NCBI GenBank assembly: GCA_040954595.2
Contig: CM082579.2
Location: forward strand, 5,631,625 to 5,695,624
Reading direction: 5' to 3'
DNA length: 64,000 bases
DNA from: Balanoglossus misakiensis
Lineage: Eukaryota > Animalia > Hemichordata
In this document: piece after piece, positions 1-10,700 of the stretch
How the letters are laid out: each line of letters opens with the position of its first letter
Numbering within the stretch: position 1 is the stretch's first letter
Position numbers and translations under genes: made by a program
Notes under the pieces: model-generated
Databases searched by the model: none
What the model saw: only the letters and a program-made list of their open reading frames with translations
Told to the model about the DNA's origin: nothing

Positions 1-450
1 TTTTTATTGAAAATGACGAAAGATAACAAATCTGACAGAACCTATATTAACTACTGGTAAACACGCACTTCTAAAGATGATCGGTACGGAAATAAACCAC
101 CCAGTTTATCAGTACAACGTGTATGTTTTTATTTTATTTTTTATTGAAAATGACGAAAGATAACAAATCTGACAGAACCTATATTAACTACTAGTAAACA
201 CGCACTTGTGAAGATGATCGGTACGGAAATAAACCACTCAGTTTATCAGTACAACGAGTATGTTTTTATTTTATTTTTTATTGAAAATGACGAAAGATAA
301 CAAATCTGACAGAACCTATATTAACTACTAATAAACACGCACTTGTGAAGATGATCGGTACGGAAATAACCACTCACAGTTTTATCAGTACATGTATGTT
401 TTTTTTTGTTTTTTTAATTGAAAATGATGAAAGATTACATACCTGAAAAA
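1..450. repeat. Tandem repeat, 137-bp unit, about 3.3 copies (truncated at window start)
   Basis: The anchor ATTGAAAATGA recurs at 6, 143, 280 and 417 (period 137). Copies 1-3 are near-identical and the fourth decays. Confidence 0.95.
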
Positions 451-1674
451 AACGCGTATTAATTATATTAAACCAACAGTCTAAGGGATGGGACCCACCC
501 GCACCGGGGATTTTATTTATGTCTATATAACTTACTTGTTACGAAACTTCATCCACTGGTCTTCATTCAGCCATGGAACATACAAACGCTCACCTCATTG
601 TAGTCTAGCTGCATGGCCCAAATATACCGTACAACTTACCGTACACTCATGCACACACACACTCACAACAACGAGCACCTTTCGAAGCATACAAAGCCGA
701 TGAACTTGTTGGTGCCGTAACAAAAATGACCCATACACCGAGCATGTAGTCATGTTGGTATTAAAACTTTAAAATGACATCCACATATAGCATCCGCATT
801 GTTGCATTCTTCAGATTTGTGCAAAATCGGTTCGCTGAACTGGCTACCGGTACCAGTCAGAATCGATGAAAGTTCTTAAAAATTGCCAAAAAAACTTGGC
901 TGATACCGCTTACTTTGACATCATGCTTGTAACATCATAGCATCCACGTTGAACGTACATCATCAGTTCACCGGGGCCTCCGATCTGCAAAATGAGAAAA
1001 AAATGAATACCTATCCATAAACACGAAACCAAATATCAACCGTGATCACCGTACGCTAAACTGTTGTTCATTCGCATATTGTACATCATACACGAGGACA
1101 ATATATGCTGTAGGGCTTCGTTGGCAGACAAGTAGTCTAAAACCCCAGCATGGCACAATGTACATTTACATATTTTTAGGTTTAGGCCTACAGCCAAGCG
1201 GAACATTTTAAAATCCGACAAAATATTTTTGGCAAAGACTGCACGGATACAAAAATAACTTCCCAATGAAGCGTTTCAAAGCTTATTTTTGCCATTTGTC
1301 TGATAGCCGCTCACACTCGAAAACACGTGGACTACAATTCATCGAACCCGCTACCAATTCATCGTAGCCCCATCCCTTTCCCGAAAAACTACCTTGTTTT
1401 TTAAGTAAAAAATGCCGCCCACCAGTAGAGCTAAAACACCGACTTGTCTAATTCGATAAACGTACATCATTAGTAACGCGAAAGGGTGCGGGAATTTGTG
1501 AATTAAAACGCAGGGAAACGCTGACTCGAGCAGTCTGACTTTGACGCATCCATTTTTTTTTTCAATTTTGTGGTGCAAACGTCTGGCTTTTAGTTGTCCG
1601 TAACTCGCCACAGAATAACCCATGCTTCCGTTCTAAAATTGAGTAAATGTGTCTACTTCTGTTACTTTACTTAC

Positions 1675-1810
1675 CGCTGTCGTCGTGAAAACTATCCAGC
1701 GGAGAAACTCTGTTTGGGGGGCAGAGTTCTCCGCATCTTCTCGTGGTCCGTGCAGCAGCGTGGCCGTCTGACTCTCTTATGAAAATACACGGAATAGGCT
1801 AGACGGAAAT
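1675..1810 (-). other. Possible non-coding first exon of a gene divergent from AGA
   Basis: Consensus donor CG|GTAAGT on the - strand (exon edge at 1675), lying next to the CCAAT/E-box promoter region. Only a short uORF is present; the upstream end is a guess. Confidence 0.35.
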
Positions 1811-1839
1811 TTCCAAGTGGAGATGGTCCAGGTGGCTCC

Positions 1840-2140
1840 AACCAATCAGCAGCGAAAACTTTGCTATGACGCGTCGTAAGTCACGTCACGTGACCCGCAT
1901 CAAAAAGTGCTGACACAGAATCAGAATAAAAACATTTTCAAATATCTGCATTTGGTTGGAGGGTCCAATTTTACCACTTCGACAAAAATTACTCCAATTG
2001 CTATCAATACAAGCGTGTTGCCAGTTCCTTTTATTGCCCTGTGAAAATGCGCCCTCGCAGTTTATATCAGAGTTGCGTGCATCTAATAGTGACCTCGGTT
2101 AGGGTCAGCTGTCACATGATCACTCACATGACATTTCAAC
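1840..2140 (+). promoter_or_regulatory. AGA promoter with CCAAT box and CLEAR/MiT-TFE E-boxes
   Basis: CCAAT at about 1842; perfect GTCACGTGAC at 1885-1894; GTCACATGA at 2111-2119 and TCACATGAC at 2124-2132, just upstream of the ATG of a lysosomal hydrolase. Confidence 0.65.
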
Positions 2141-5100
2141 ATGGCTGCCCTCATGTCACTGTTTCTTCGACTGTTATGTTTTATGTCCTTGTGTCGCCTT
2201 CTTCCATGCAGCCGCACAGATTCCCTTCCTTTAGTCATCAATACATGGCAGTTCAGTAACGCCACCGCTAAAGGTAAATGATCTCGTGTAAAATTGTCAG
2301 AATAGATTAGCTTTCAACTGTCACTCGACCCGGCCCTTGCCCAAGCCCTGGCGGCGAATGGGTAGCTTTGCGTACAGGTCCGTGTGTTCTCGGCGCTTAG
2401 TACACGGCCTCCACCTCAGCCCATTAAAAGCTACATTACATATACCATGCTGGCACGTTTGCGGTCCGGATCGAGACCACTTTCCCCGACTCCAAAACTG
2501 ATGCGATTAACTCCTCCTGACGTCCGCGCCGAACCGCTGGCTGAAACTTTTGTGTTTACCATATGAGTGACTGGCTAATGGGTAAACACAAAAGTAAAAA
2601 CAAAAGCTTTATAACTGATTCATCCAAAGATTACTGTTTTTGGTACATTGCAGCATGGGATGTGATCAGTAGCCATGGCAACTCTGCTCTGGACGCGGTG
2701 GAGCAAGGATGTTCGGTTTGCGAAATTCTCAACCAGTGCGGTGGTTCAGTTGGCTATGGTGGCAGGTAACGCCCCTTTAAATATGTTATTGATTAAATAC
2801 TGAATCTCTTGAGAGAGAAACACTGTCACTCTGAAATCGGATGATTAAAGTCAGACCCATTAACCGACTGACTACGCTGATCTACCTGTTGACTGACTGA
2901 TAACGAGCGTGAAGGCTAAATGTTGTAAACCCACTGATAATATGACAATGATCATTGGTCAGCTGCCCACTATATTAGTCATTATTTATTTCTTCATTAT
3001 ACATCACATATATACTGCTTTCCTTATCATTTCAGCCCTGATGAGAATGGAGAAACGACCCTAGATGCCATGATCATGGATGGGTAGGTCAATGCACTAT
3101 AGTTTCCTGCCAAGTCAAACATTTGATTGCATTCATTTTATTATAATTTGTCCAGGAAAAAAATGTTATTCCACCTCTTTTTCTCTTACTTTGTTCCTTA
3201 CATTTTTCACTCTTACTATTTCTCCCTCACACTGCCAACCTGTCAAAAGTATAACGCATGATGTGGGTTCAGTGGCAGACCTCAGGCGAGTGAAGAGCGC
3301 CATCTCAGTTGCACGCAGTGTCATGGAATACACCAAGCACACTCTGTTGGTCGGCGATCAAGGTAGGTCAGCGTTGGTCCCATATTCCATCATCATCATT
3401 TACTGTACATGTATACACACACGTACATGTATGTCCTGTGACAAGCAGAGCTCCACAGCCATAGTCACTGGGCATGTCATACCAAACTAAACACTTTTGT
3501 TATTTTTGACTTTTTCCTTGCTATTTTGTTCAGCAACACAGTTTGCCATCGACATGGGCTTCGAACAAGAGGACCTCCACTCAAACCAGTCAAGGTGGGT
3601 TGGTTGCTGTCAAGATTTACATGCATCACATGAAGCTAAAGCAGGATTTCTTCCACCTCCCTGAGTTGCCCATTCCAAGTTCGCTAGAGATATTATCCAT
3701 TTCAGCCAATTGACATGTGAGATCGGATCTGTTCTCTTTTGCCAAAGCATGAGATACATGTATGCCTTTCTTTGGCTGCCAGATCTTGATATGGTACTAA
3801 ACATGACACACACCTCGACAATGACATTTTTACTAACAAACTTGCATTCTGCATTTCAGGCAAATTTGGCAAGATTGGAAGAAGAACAATTGCCAGCCCA
3901 ATTATAGGCAGGTAAATAAGCAAGGTTGAAGTATCAAAGACCAAACAAGACAGGCAAATCTCACGCAGAAAATTTCTCCAGCTCTCATTTCTGTACAGAA
4001 CTGCCGAATCAAAAGTGCATTCACACATGAAAACACTTGCTCTGTCGTTTGTGAAGTATATACATGTATTTGTGCCAGTCTTCATCACAACCATGTTTTC
4101 ATCTGTCTCTTCTGAAGAATGTTTCACCAGATCCGACAAAATCATGCGGACCATACAAACCAAACAAGACGAAGAAAGAAAAGGTGCCCAGACAAGAAAG
4201 GTACAATAAAGAAATTGGTGAAAACAACCATGATACGATTGGTAAGTATGCACAACAGAAATTAAGAATATAATCCAATGTAAGTTACAGTTACTGGCCC
4301 AGTTGCTGACCCATAAAGGGGACAACTTTGCTGACTTTTTTTTAAATATTGTTTTGGCCATTTTTGTTTCACTGATTATGTTTGAGTCTTCCAACTTGCA
4401 GATGACATTTTGGTGAGGAAATACCATGTGCTTCAGTTGTCATTGGAACTAGTCACTCATATTGGTGCTTTGAACCATTTCGTTTCAGGCATGGTTGTGA
4501 TCGATGCTCTTGGCAACGTAGCGGGAGGAACATCGACCAATGGTGCGAATCACAAAATCCCTGGGTGAGTTGCTGGCAGCATTGGGGATGTGTGTTGCCT
4601 TAGAGTTAGTAAAATCTACAACCAATGGCATGTCTGTTACAAAAACTTAGCTTGTTGTAATTTAGATCCAAAGTGTGCTGTGCAGTTGCCCTCTGTACTT
4701 GTCTGAGATCTGAACTGTGTTTGTGGCTCTTTCAGGCGTGTTGGTGATTCGCCCATCGCCGGGGCCGGTGCTTACGTTGACAACAGCGTGGGCGGAGCCG
4801 CCGCTACGGGAGACGGCGGCGTCATGATGAGATTTCTTCCAAGGTGAGACAGTGTAGTGATCAACTAGCTGAAAGCTTTGTCGCTTGAGGACACTGTCCA
4901 CGAAGAAGTATAGAAATTTCACTCCTGGTGTTAGACTTTCTAATTGTAATACATGTAGTTCTCTTTGTGAGAACACGGTCTTTACTTTCTCACTTACATA
5001 TTGACAGCTATCAAGTAGTGGAGTACATGAGGATGGGTATAGAGCCCACTACAGCCTGTAGAATGGCCATCGACAGAATTACCCAATATTATCCCAATTA

Positions 5101-5400
5101 CAGTGGTGCAATAGTTGCTGCTCATGTGTCTGGATTTTATGGTGAGTTTGGATAATAAGAAACGTCAGTGTGGTTGTTTGACAATCGTATATGTCATAAA
5201 GCCAATGAAAGATGTTTCCGTAATATCATTTACATAGAGGAATTCCATAGAATCAGAGCGTTCACTGACCGCTACTAAAGGGTCTTTGTTTGCACAATTC
5301 ATTCACAGGTGCAGCCTGCCACGGATTTGGCACTTTCCATTATTCCGTAAGAACTCCCGGAATGACCAACGTAACAGTTCAGGCCGTTCCGTGTTCATAG
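2141..5400 (+). CDS. AGA: N(4)-(beta-N-acetylglucosaminyl)-L-asparaginase (aspartylglucosaminidase), 350 aa, 11 exons
   Basis: Exons 2141-2273, 2654-2765, 3036-3083, 3250-3362, 3534-3594, 3860-3911, 4118-4241, 4489-4564, 4736-4843, 5008-5141, 5309-5400. All introns are GT-AG, phases are consistent, total 1053 nt. Signal peptide followed by [54 protein letters not shown], the autocleavage site HD|TIGMV, GTSTNG and GRVGDSPI. Confidence 0.97.
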
Positions 5401-6626
5401 CATCTATCAAGTCTCCTGCTAGTGCAAGCAACCCCCCCCCCCCCCAAGTTATTACTTTTTAGAACTCATTGCTGTTTTCAGCATTGAGATATAATGTAGT
5501 CACTATAATATATTTTAAATACTTCAAGTGGCAGCTGAATATTCCTTGTAGAGAGAAATTATTTTATTTCTCAAGTCTTCCAGTTCACATTCAGACTTTT
5601 ACAACAAAAAACATATTTAAGAGGGAAAATATATAAATTTTACAGGAGATAATAATGTTATTCATTGCAGACTTCATAAAGCAAATGTGAAGTGTAAATA
5701 TGTGTGACCCATCTGAGGTGATGTTTAAAGAATGGATGTGAACAACTTGCTTATTAAATATTTTTTAAACAAAATTATGTTGAATATAGACTTATTTTGT
5801 TCAACGTACATGTACATAGCTAACTATGGGCATGTATTTACATGAACTTGCCACAAACTGGCACTTGACTCTGTCGTGTATGGGCGAACTCATAATTTCA
5901 ACCAGAATGTCTAAATTTTCAATGCCGTGCAATGTACAAGTGTCGAGGCGAGCTATTTCCCATTTTAGTCCAGATTTGAGCCCTGCGCGCGCATGTGGTT
6001 GCGTGAGGTGCCAGCGCCCTCGCACGGACAAATTATGAATCTCTCAATCCAGCTGAATCTCTTCATTGTTACTTTTCTGGAAATAGTGGAACAGTAATGT
6101 CACTGATGTGTCGTCCGTTGATCCTCTTCGCCCGCCAAGGTCTTGCCCTCCGATCCGTGCGAGTGGACAATGTCCTTTGATGACAAATTAAATCTCAAGA
6201 ATCTCTGACCCTTTTGTGATTTTCAAAATTCCATTCCTTGAATTAAAGCCCCAGTATTTCTCGTGTGCATCCATTTTTCATCATCGTAAAAAGCCCGTTT
6301 TTCCAGTACATCCATCATGGAATACTATATAATGAAGATGTAAGAAAGGTTTGGGCAATTGTAGCTACATGCTAGCCGAAAATATCGCCCGTAACACTTG
6401 AAATGATGCGCGGGTTTGTTTACAACGGAAATGTTGTACATGTCGATCAGCAAACGTGCCACTTTGACATTTTGATGGTCAGACCATTTTCGGATTTGAT
6501 CTGGTTCCATCGACTGATTTCTCCCATAAAGTTATCTTCCCAAAATTTCGCCGAATTAGTGCGCATTTCTTCGCTGAGTCGCTTGATTTGGGGCGACCAA
6601 ACCTCTTCCGCATAGATTCACATTTG

Positions 6627-6700
6627 AGTGCGCATGCGCACTAGTCACGTGTGTCAACATTAGCCTGACTCACGTGACTTTCTGTCCGGACAGAAAGTCA
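6627..6700. repeat. Palindrome cluster
   Basis: 16-bp palindrome AGTGCGCATGCGCACT (6627-6642), CACGTG boxes, and a perfect 26-bp palindrome TGACTTTCTGTCCGGACAGAAAGTCA (6675-6700). Confidence 0.8.
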
Positions 6701-7004
6701 TTCTTCACTCGTTATATTGTAAATTGTATGAGTTTATCAGCAGAGCTGGGGATGATGACTGTTCGATTCAGTATCAATTATCATCTACTTTTAGAAATAA
6801 TAGATGCCGTTTCAAACAAAATTTTGCCCCTACGAGAAATACTGTGGCTTTAAGGTTTTGTAGATTAAAAATGGAAAAATGCACTGTGTTCAGCACGTCA
6901 CATCTCATTTTCTCAACTCTGAAATTTCTCACGAGCCGGGTCTAGGGTCAATGTAGTGGTAGTCTGGTCTAGAGCCTGCGCTCCCATTATAAGACCCCAA
7001 AACA

Positions 7005-7370
7005 TTATTTGTTGTACGTCGTCGGTACATGCGACCATTGCACCCAATAGAAAGTGTGATCCTTCCAGCGCCGGATTGCTGCTTTTTCGTCCTCGATAGC
7101 TGAAAATGATTAAACAGTAAAGAACTGTGATTCTAAAGGTTAGGGAGAAGATTTGAAATATTCTACTGTCCAAAAATAGTCCGTGAAATTTTACAGTTCA
7201 TGAACCTGGCTAACTAACTTCTGGTACCGAGTATCGGTTGGTAACTTACTGCGCGAGGTCGGTAAAGTATTGCGCACTTCCGTCGTCACTTTCCGCAGGT
7301 GTTTTCTCTCGAAAAACTTCAGCTCCTCCACCGTTCTGTTGAGGTGACGGTTGCCCTTCTCGCTCATCAT
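7005..7370 (-). CDS. Beta-thymosin/WH2-like microprotein, 71 aa, 2 coding exons
   Basis: Exons 7370-7250 and 7099-7005, with donor A|GTAAGT and acceptor TTTTCAG|. Protein: MMSEKGNRHLNRTVEELKFFERKHLRKVTTEVRNTLPTSRTIEDEKAAIRRWKDHTFYWVQWSHVPTTYNK. It aligns to thymosin beta ([33 protein letters not shown]), with a phase-1 intron in the Thr codon before IE. An upstream acceptor (exon start 7409) suggests a 5' UTR intron. Confidence 0.85.
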
Positions 7371-7740
7371 TCACCAATCATGGATCCGCGTTTCCGATGC
7401 GTCACAAGACTGCAGGAAACCAAACGTTTAGAATGGTGTTTACAACAGACCACTGACTACTGGGGTTTGATATTACCACAGGGGAGGGGGGCTTTGTGTG
7501 AATACACACTATTGTTTTTTGCGACACTGCTCTTTCCCGACTAATGCCATGCGGATAGCCGAGTATTTCACCGAGTTGAAGTAGAAAAGACCATCTTATT
7601 ATTCGAACACAAAGGGCTATTTTACTCCGCCCTTTAGAATTCATAATCGGGTGACACAGATCCTCTTACTCGCTTCTTTTATTCTAACGTGGAGAGGATA
7701 AATACTGAGTCGTCAAAACAGATATTCCGTCATTGCGAGA

Positions 7741-7772
7741 TCTCGCGAGACTTGGTTAATTACCGTAGCAAC
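7741..7772. promoter_or_regulatory. Candidate promoter motifs of the thymosin-like gene
   Basis: Perfect TCTCGCGAGA palindrome (BANP/ZBTB33-type) at 7741-7750 and X-box-like ATTACCGTAGCAAC at 7759-7772, about 370 bp upstream of the ATG. Confidence 0.45.
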
Positions 7773-10700
7773 GGCTTGGTAGCCATGTTTTTCAACCAAG
7801 TTTTGTACCAGAATAGGCACGTAGTGTAAACAAAAATTGTAACTTTTGTGCCGCTATGTTGCTTGTCGTGCATGTCGTACATCAAGGTGTTGTTTGCCCT
7901 TCTCAAATCGAACACGTCAAGACTTCGGGATGATCGCTAAAAAAATTGCAATGTCCTTGGACGAAACGAAACAAGAAAACTCTCTAGAGCTTCAAGTGTA
8001 AAAGCTGCGGTTTAGAACCACGGACCTTGCCGAGGGGTTGTGGTCACGTGAACGCCGACTTGGCACCAATTACTGTGACGCGTGACCGACGGAGACAAAG
8101 TCGTTCCCCGGCCCGAGTTGCAACCACGGGCACTGTCGAAGTCGTGTGCGTGTGTTTTGCAAAAGAAAGATTCTTTCTTTTGATACCGCGCCCACTTCAT
8201 TTGAACCTTGACGGTGTTGATAATGGCTGCTGCACTACATGCAAAACTGAAAACGTGACTTTCACAATATTCTCTCAACACGAAGGTGAATCTCTGAATT
8301 CGTGACCAGCAAACGCATAACGCGCATGTGCACATTTTACATGTGGTCGCAAATTTTGGTTTCTTTTAGTGAGAGCGACGCTTTTGGGTGAAAATGTCAT
8401 TTGACAACAAAATGCAAGAACTATGTATACCCCTAAATTGTCTCAGAAGTCCCTGCATTTTGAACCAATCATGGAACTTGGAAAATGAACCTGGCCTGTC
8501 CGGTGAAAAGTCTTGGAAATTTGATTTTACACGGACCCAGTCAAGTCATGTACAGTGCGATTCAGGAGAACTTGTCGAAATTCATCCCCGCGTTGCTATA
8601 AAATGCCACTCCCCTGAAAAGTACATTGTGTTTAAGTTAGGCTATTACCGCAAAATGTTTTCGGGGGTGAAACATCATTTTACCTCACAAACTCATTTTG
8701 AAGCTAGACGGACAGAAATCTCACAATGTGGAAAGTACGCTAGAATCCAGCACCATGCTGCCTGGCGGCACTGACTCTTTTTTTCGCGTCTGCCACCCAC
8801 TGAAAGTCTGTGATTGGCGAGATTTCAATTTGCCATGGTAACTGTAGCTAAATTTCAAAGGTGACCATGCATACACCTTTAAACGTTCCCGATTCCAGCT
8901 TGAGAGCTGTACTATTGTGATAGAAAATAATATGTGTTGTGTTCACGTCTCTAGTAATAGGGCATATTTCAGCGTTAAAGGGGGCGACGAATAGCCCGTT
9001 TCCAATGAATGGTTTGAAATTTAAGTAGGCGGTCTGTGCGAATTCGTAATTACAGTATAGCGGCCCAGGTATCTGCGAGAACCGCACGTGGTATACCATT
9101 ATTATTTTTTTGCCCAGTCGTTCAAATGACAAAATCCAGACTATTCCTTCTAAAATGACAAATAATCTCGTCGCTGTCCCCGAGCCTTCGTCACACTTCA
9201 GTGTCGAAGTCTGTGTTGGGCATTAATAGTACCGGCCTGGGGTAGCGTCGGTCCTTCTAAGTGAAGCCTGACAATTTATGATAGATAATGAGGCGAAATA
9301 CCGCGTTATACATGATTCTCTCAGCAAATATGGTGGGTCGGGAAAAACACACAAATACCAAAATTTAAAATAAAAATAACTTCAAACATGACCATTTCGA
9401 ACATGAAATCATGCAGCTTCGCAGTCTAAGCAAATTGCACGGAAAGAGAACCAGTTTACATTTTGAACACTGAAAACTGAAGTAATTCACAAACGTCTGC
9501 GTGAGTGGTCGGGTTCTTTTGAAAGTGTGTCTGAAATCGAAACCATTCAATGATAAGAGTGTGCTCCATGACGGGAGATTCTATCGCTTGCAGACTGTTC
9601 GTTGTACGATTCTACGCCATGTTCTATGCTATAGAAATACGAAAAGACGATAATCTGAACCCACTTGGCCCTGAGAATTGTCACGGTGTTTTTCCGCACG
9701 CGGAATGAACTGAAAAAAAGTTGGCAGCCTATATACCCGGTCGTATTTTATACTCACAGTCAGTACCCATCTAATACCTGCGTGCTCGTTCCGTCTTATC
9801 CCGAGTGTTCAACTGCACTGTGGACTGACGCACAACGCTGTAGTCCTGCAGAGATCTGTCCTATACCTGTGGACTCGGTAACTATGCAGAAACCATTTAT
9901 GAATCGGGCGCGCCTTTTCTGAACTCGGTGCGACAAAGTGAGAAAGTCCCACCGCAGTTGGCATTGTTTCCCCCAGCCCCGGTTTTTATTTCACGAGTGA
10001 CTGCACCGCTGAAAAACACAAATAGATTGGTTTTCGCGTTCTTTTCACATTTGAACAAAATAGTGTCAACCACAGGACTGTGCGTCAACTAACCCAGGCC
10101 TGCCTCTGTTGACACACGCTGAGCCCGTGATTAGACCCCCGTTGTTCCCAGCCCCTCCGATTCCATTGGTGACAATGTTTTCAGTACACCACACTTGATT
10201 ACGCTTCTATTGTAGGTTCAGTCGAGTTTGTTACAGCTTACTGTGTGCTTGACACCCTTAATGTCGATAGAAAATAAATCAGATCTCTCACTGTAAAGCC
10301 ACCATTGTACAAACGAGTGCTGAGTGCCGTCCACACCCCAAGACGAGCTCCGAGCATCGGGGGGGGGGGGTCGTTATAATATTCTGACGACACATGCAGT
10401 GACATGATACTGATGAGCAGGCATGCACGCAATATTAGTCGATGTTCTGTAAAACGCCATGTCTTTTCAACCTGGAATGAGACCCTGCAAAGTTATTTTT
10501 CACTGTCCGGCGTTTTTTTTGTTTGTTTTTTGTTTTTACAGAGGGCGACTCTCTCCTGTTGCAATGGTTGTTTTTGTCGATGTCGGCGACGACCGAACAC
10601 GAACATTTGCGGGGGTAGTATTTTTAGGCTTCAAGGAAATGCCTCAAATCATTCTACAACATGCAGATTTACTTCTCGTCCTCTGCATTTACTCTCGCCG

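Noticed and set aside
1-450. CRISPR-like array
   Set aside because: Whole units repeat with no unique spacers, and the context is eukaryotic.
3702-4427. 241-aa minus-strand ORF
   Set aside because: Antisense to AGA exons and introns; no recognisable protein.
8012-8774. ORFs of 92-128 aa as transposase remnants
   Set aside because: No DDE, THAP or RT motifs recognised; probably non-coding repeat DNA.
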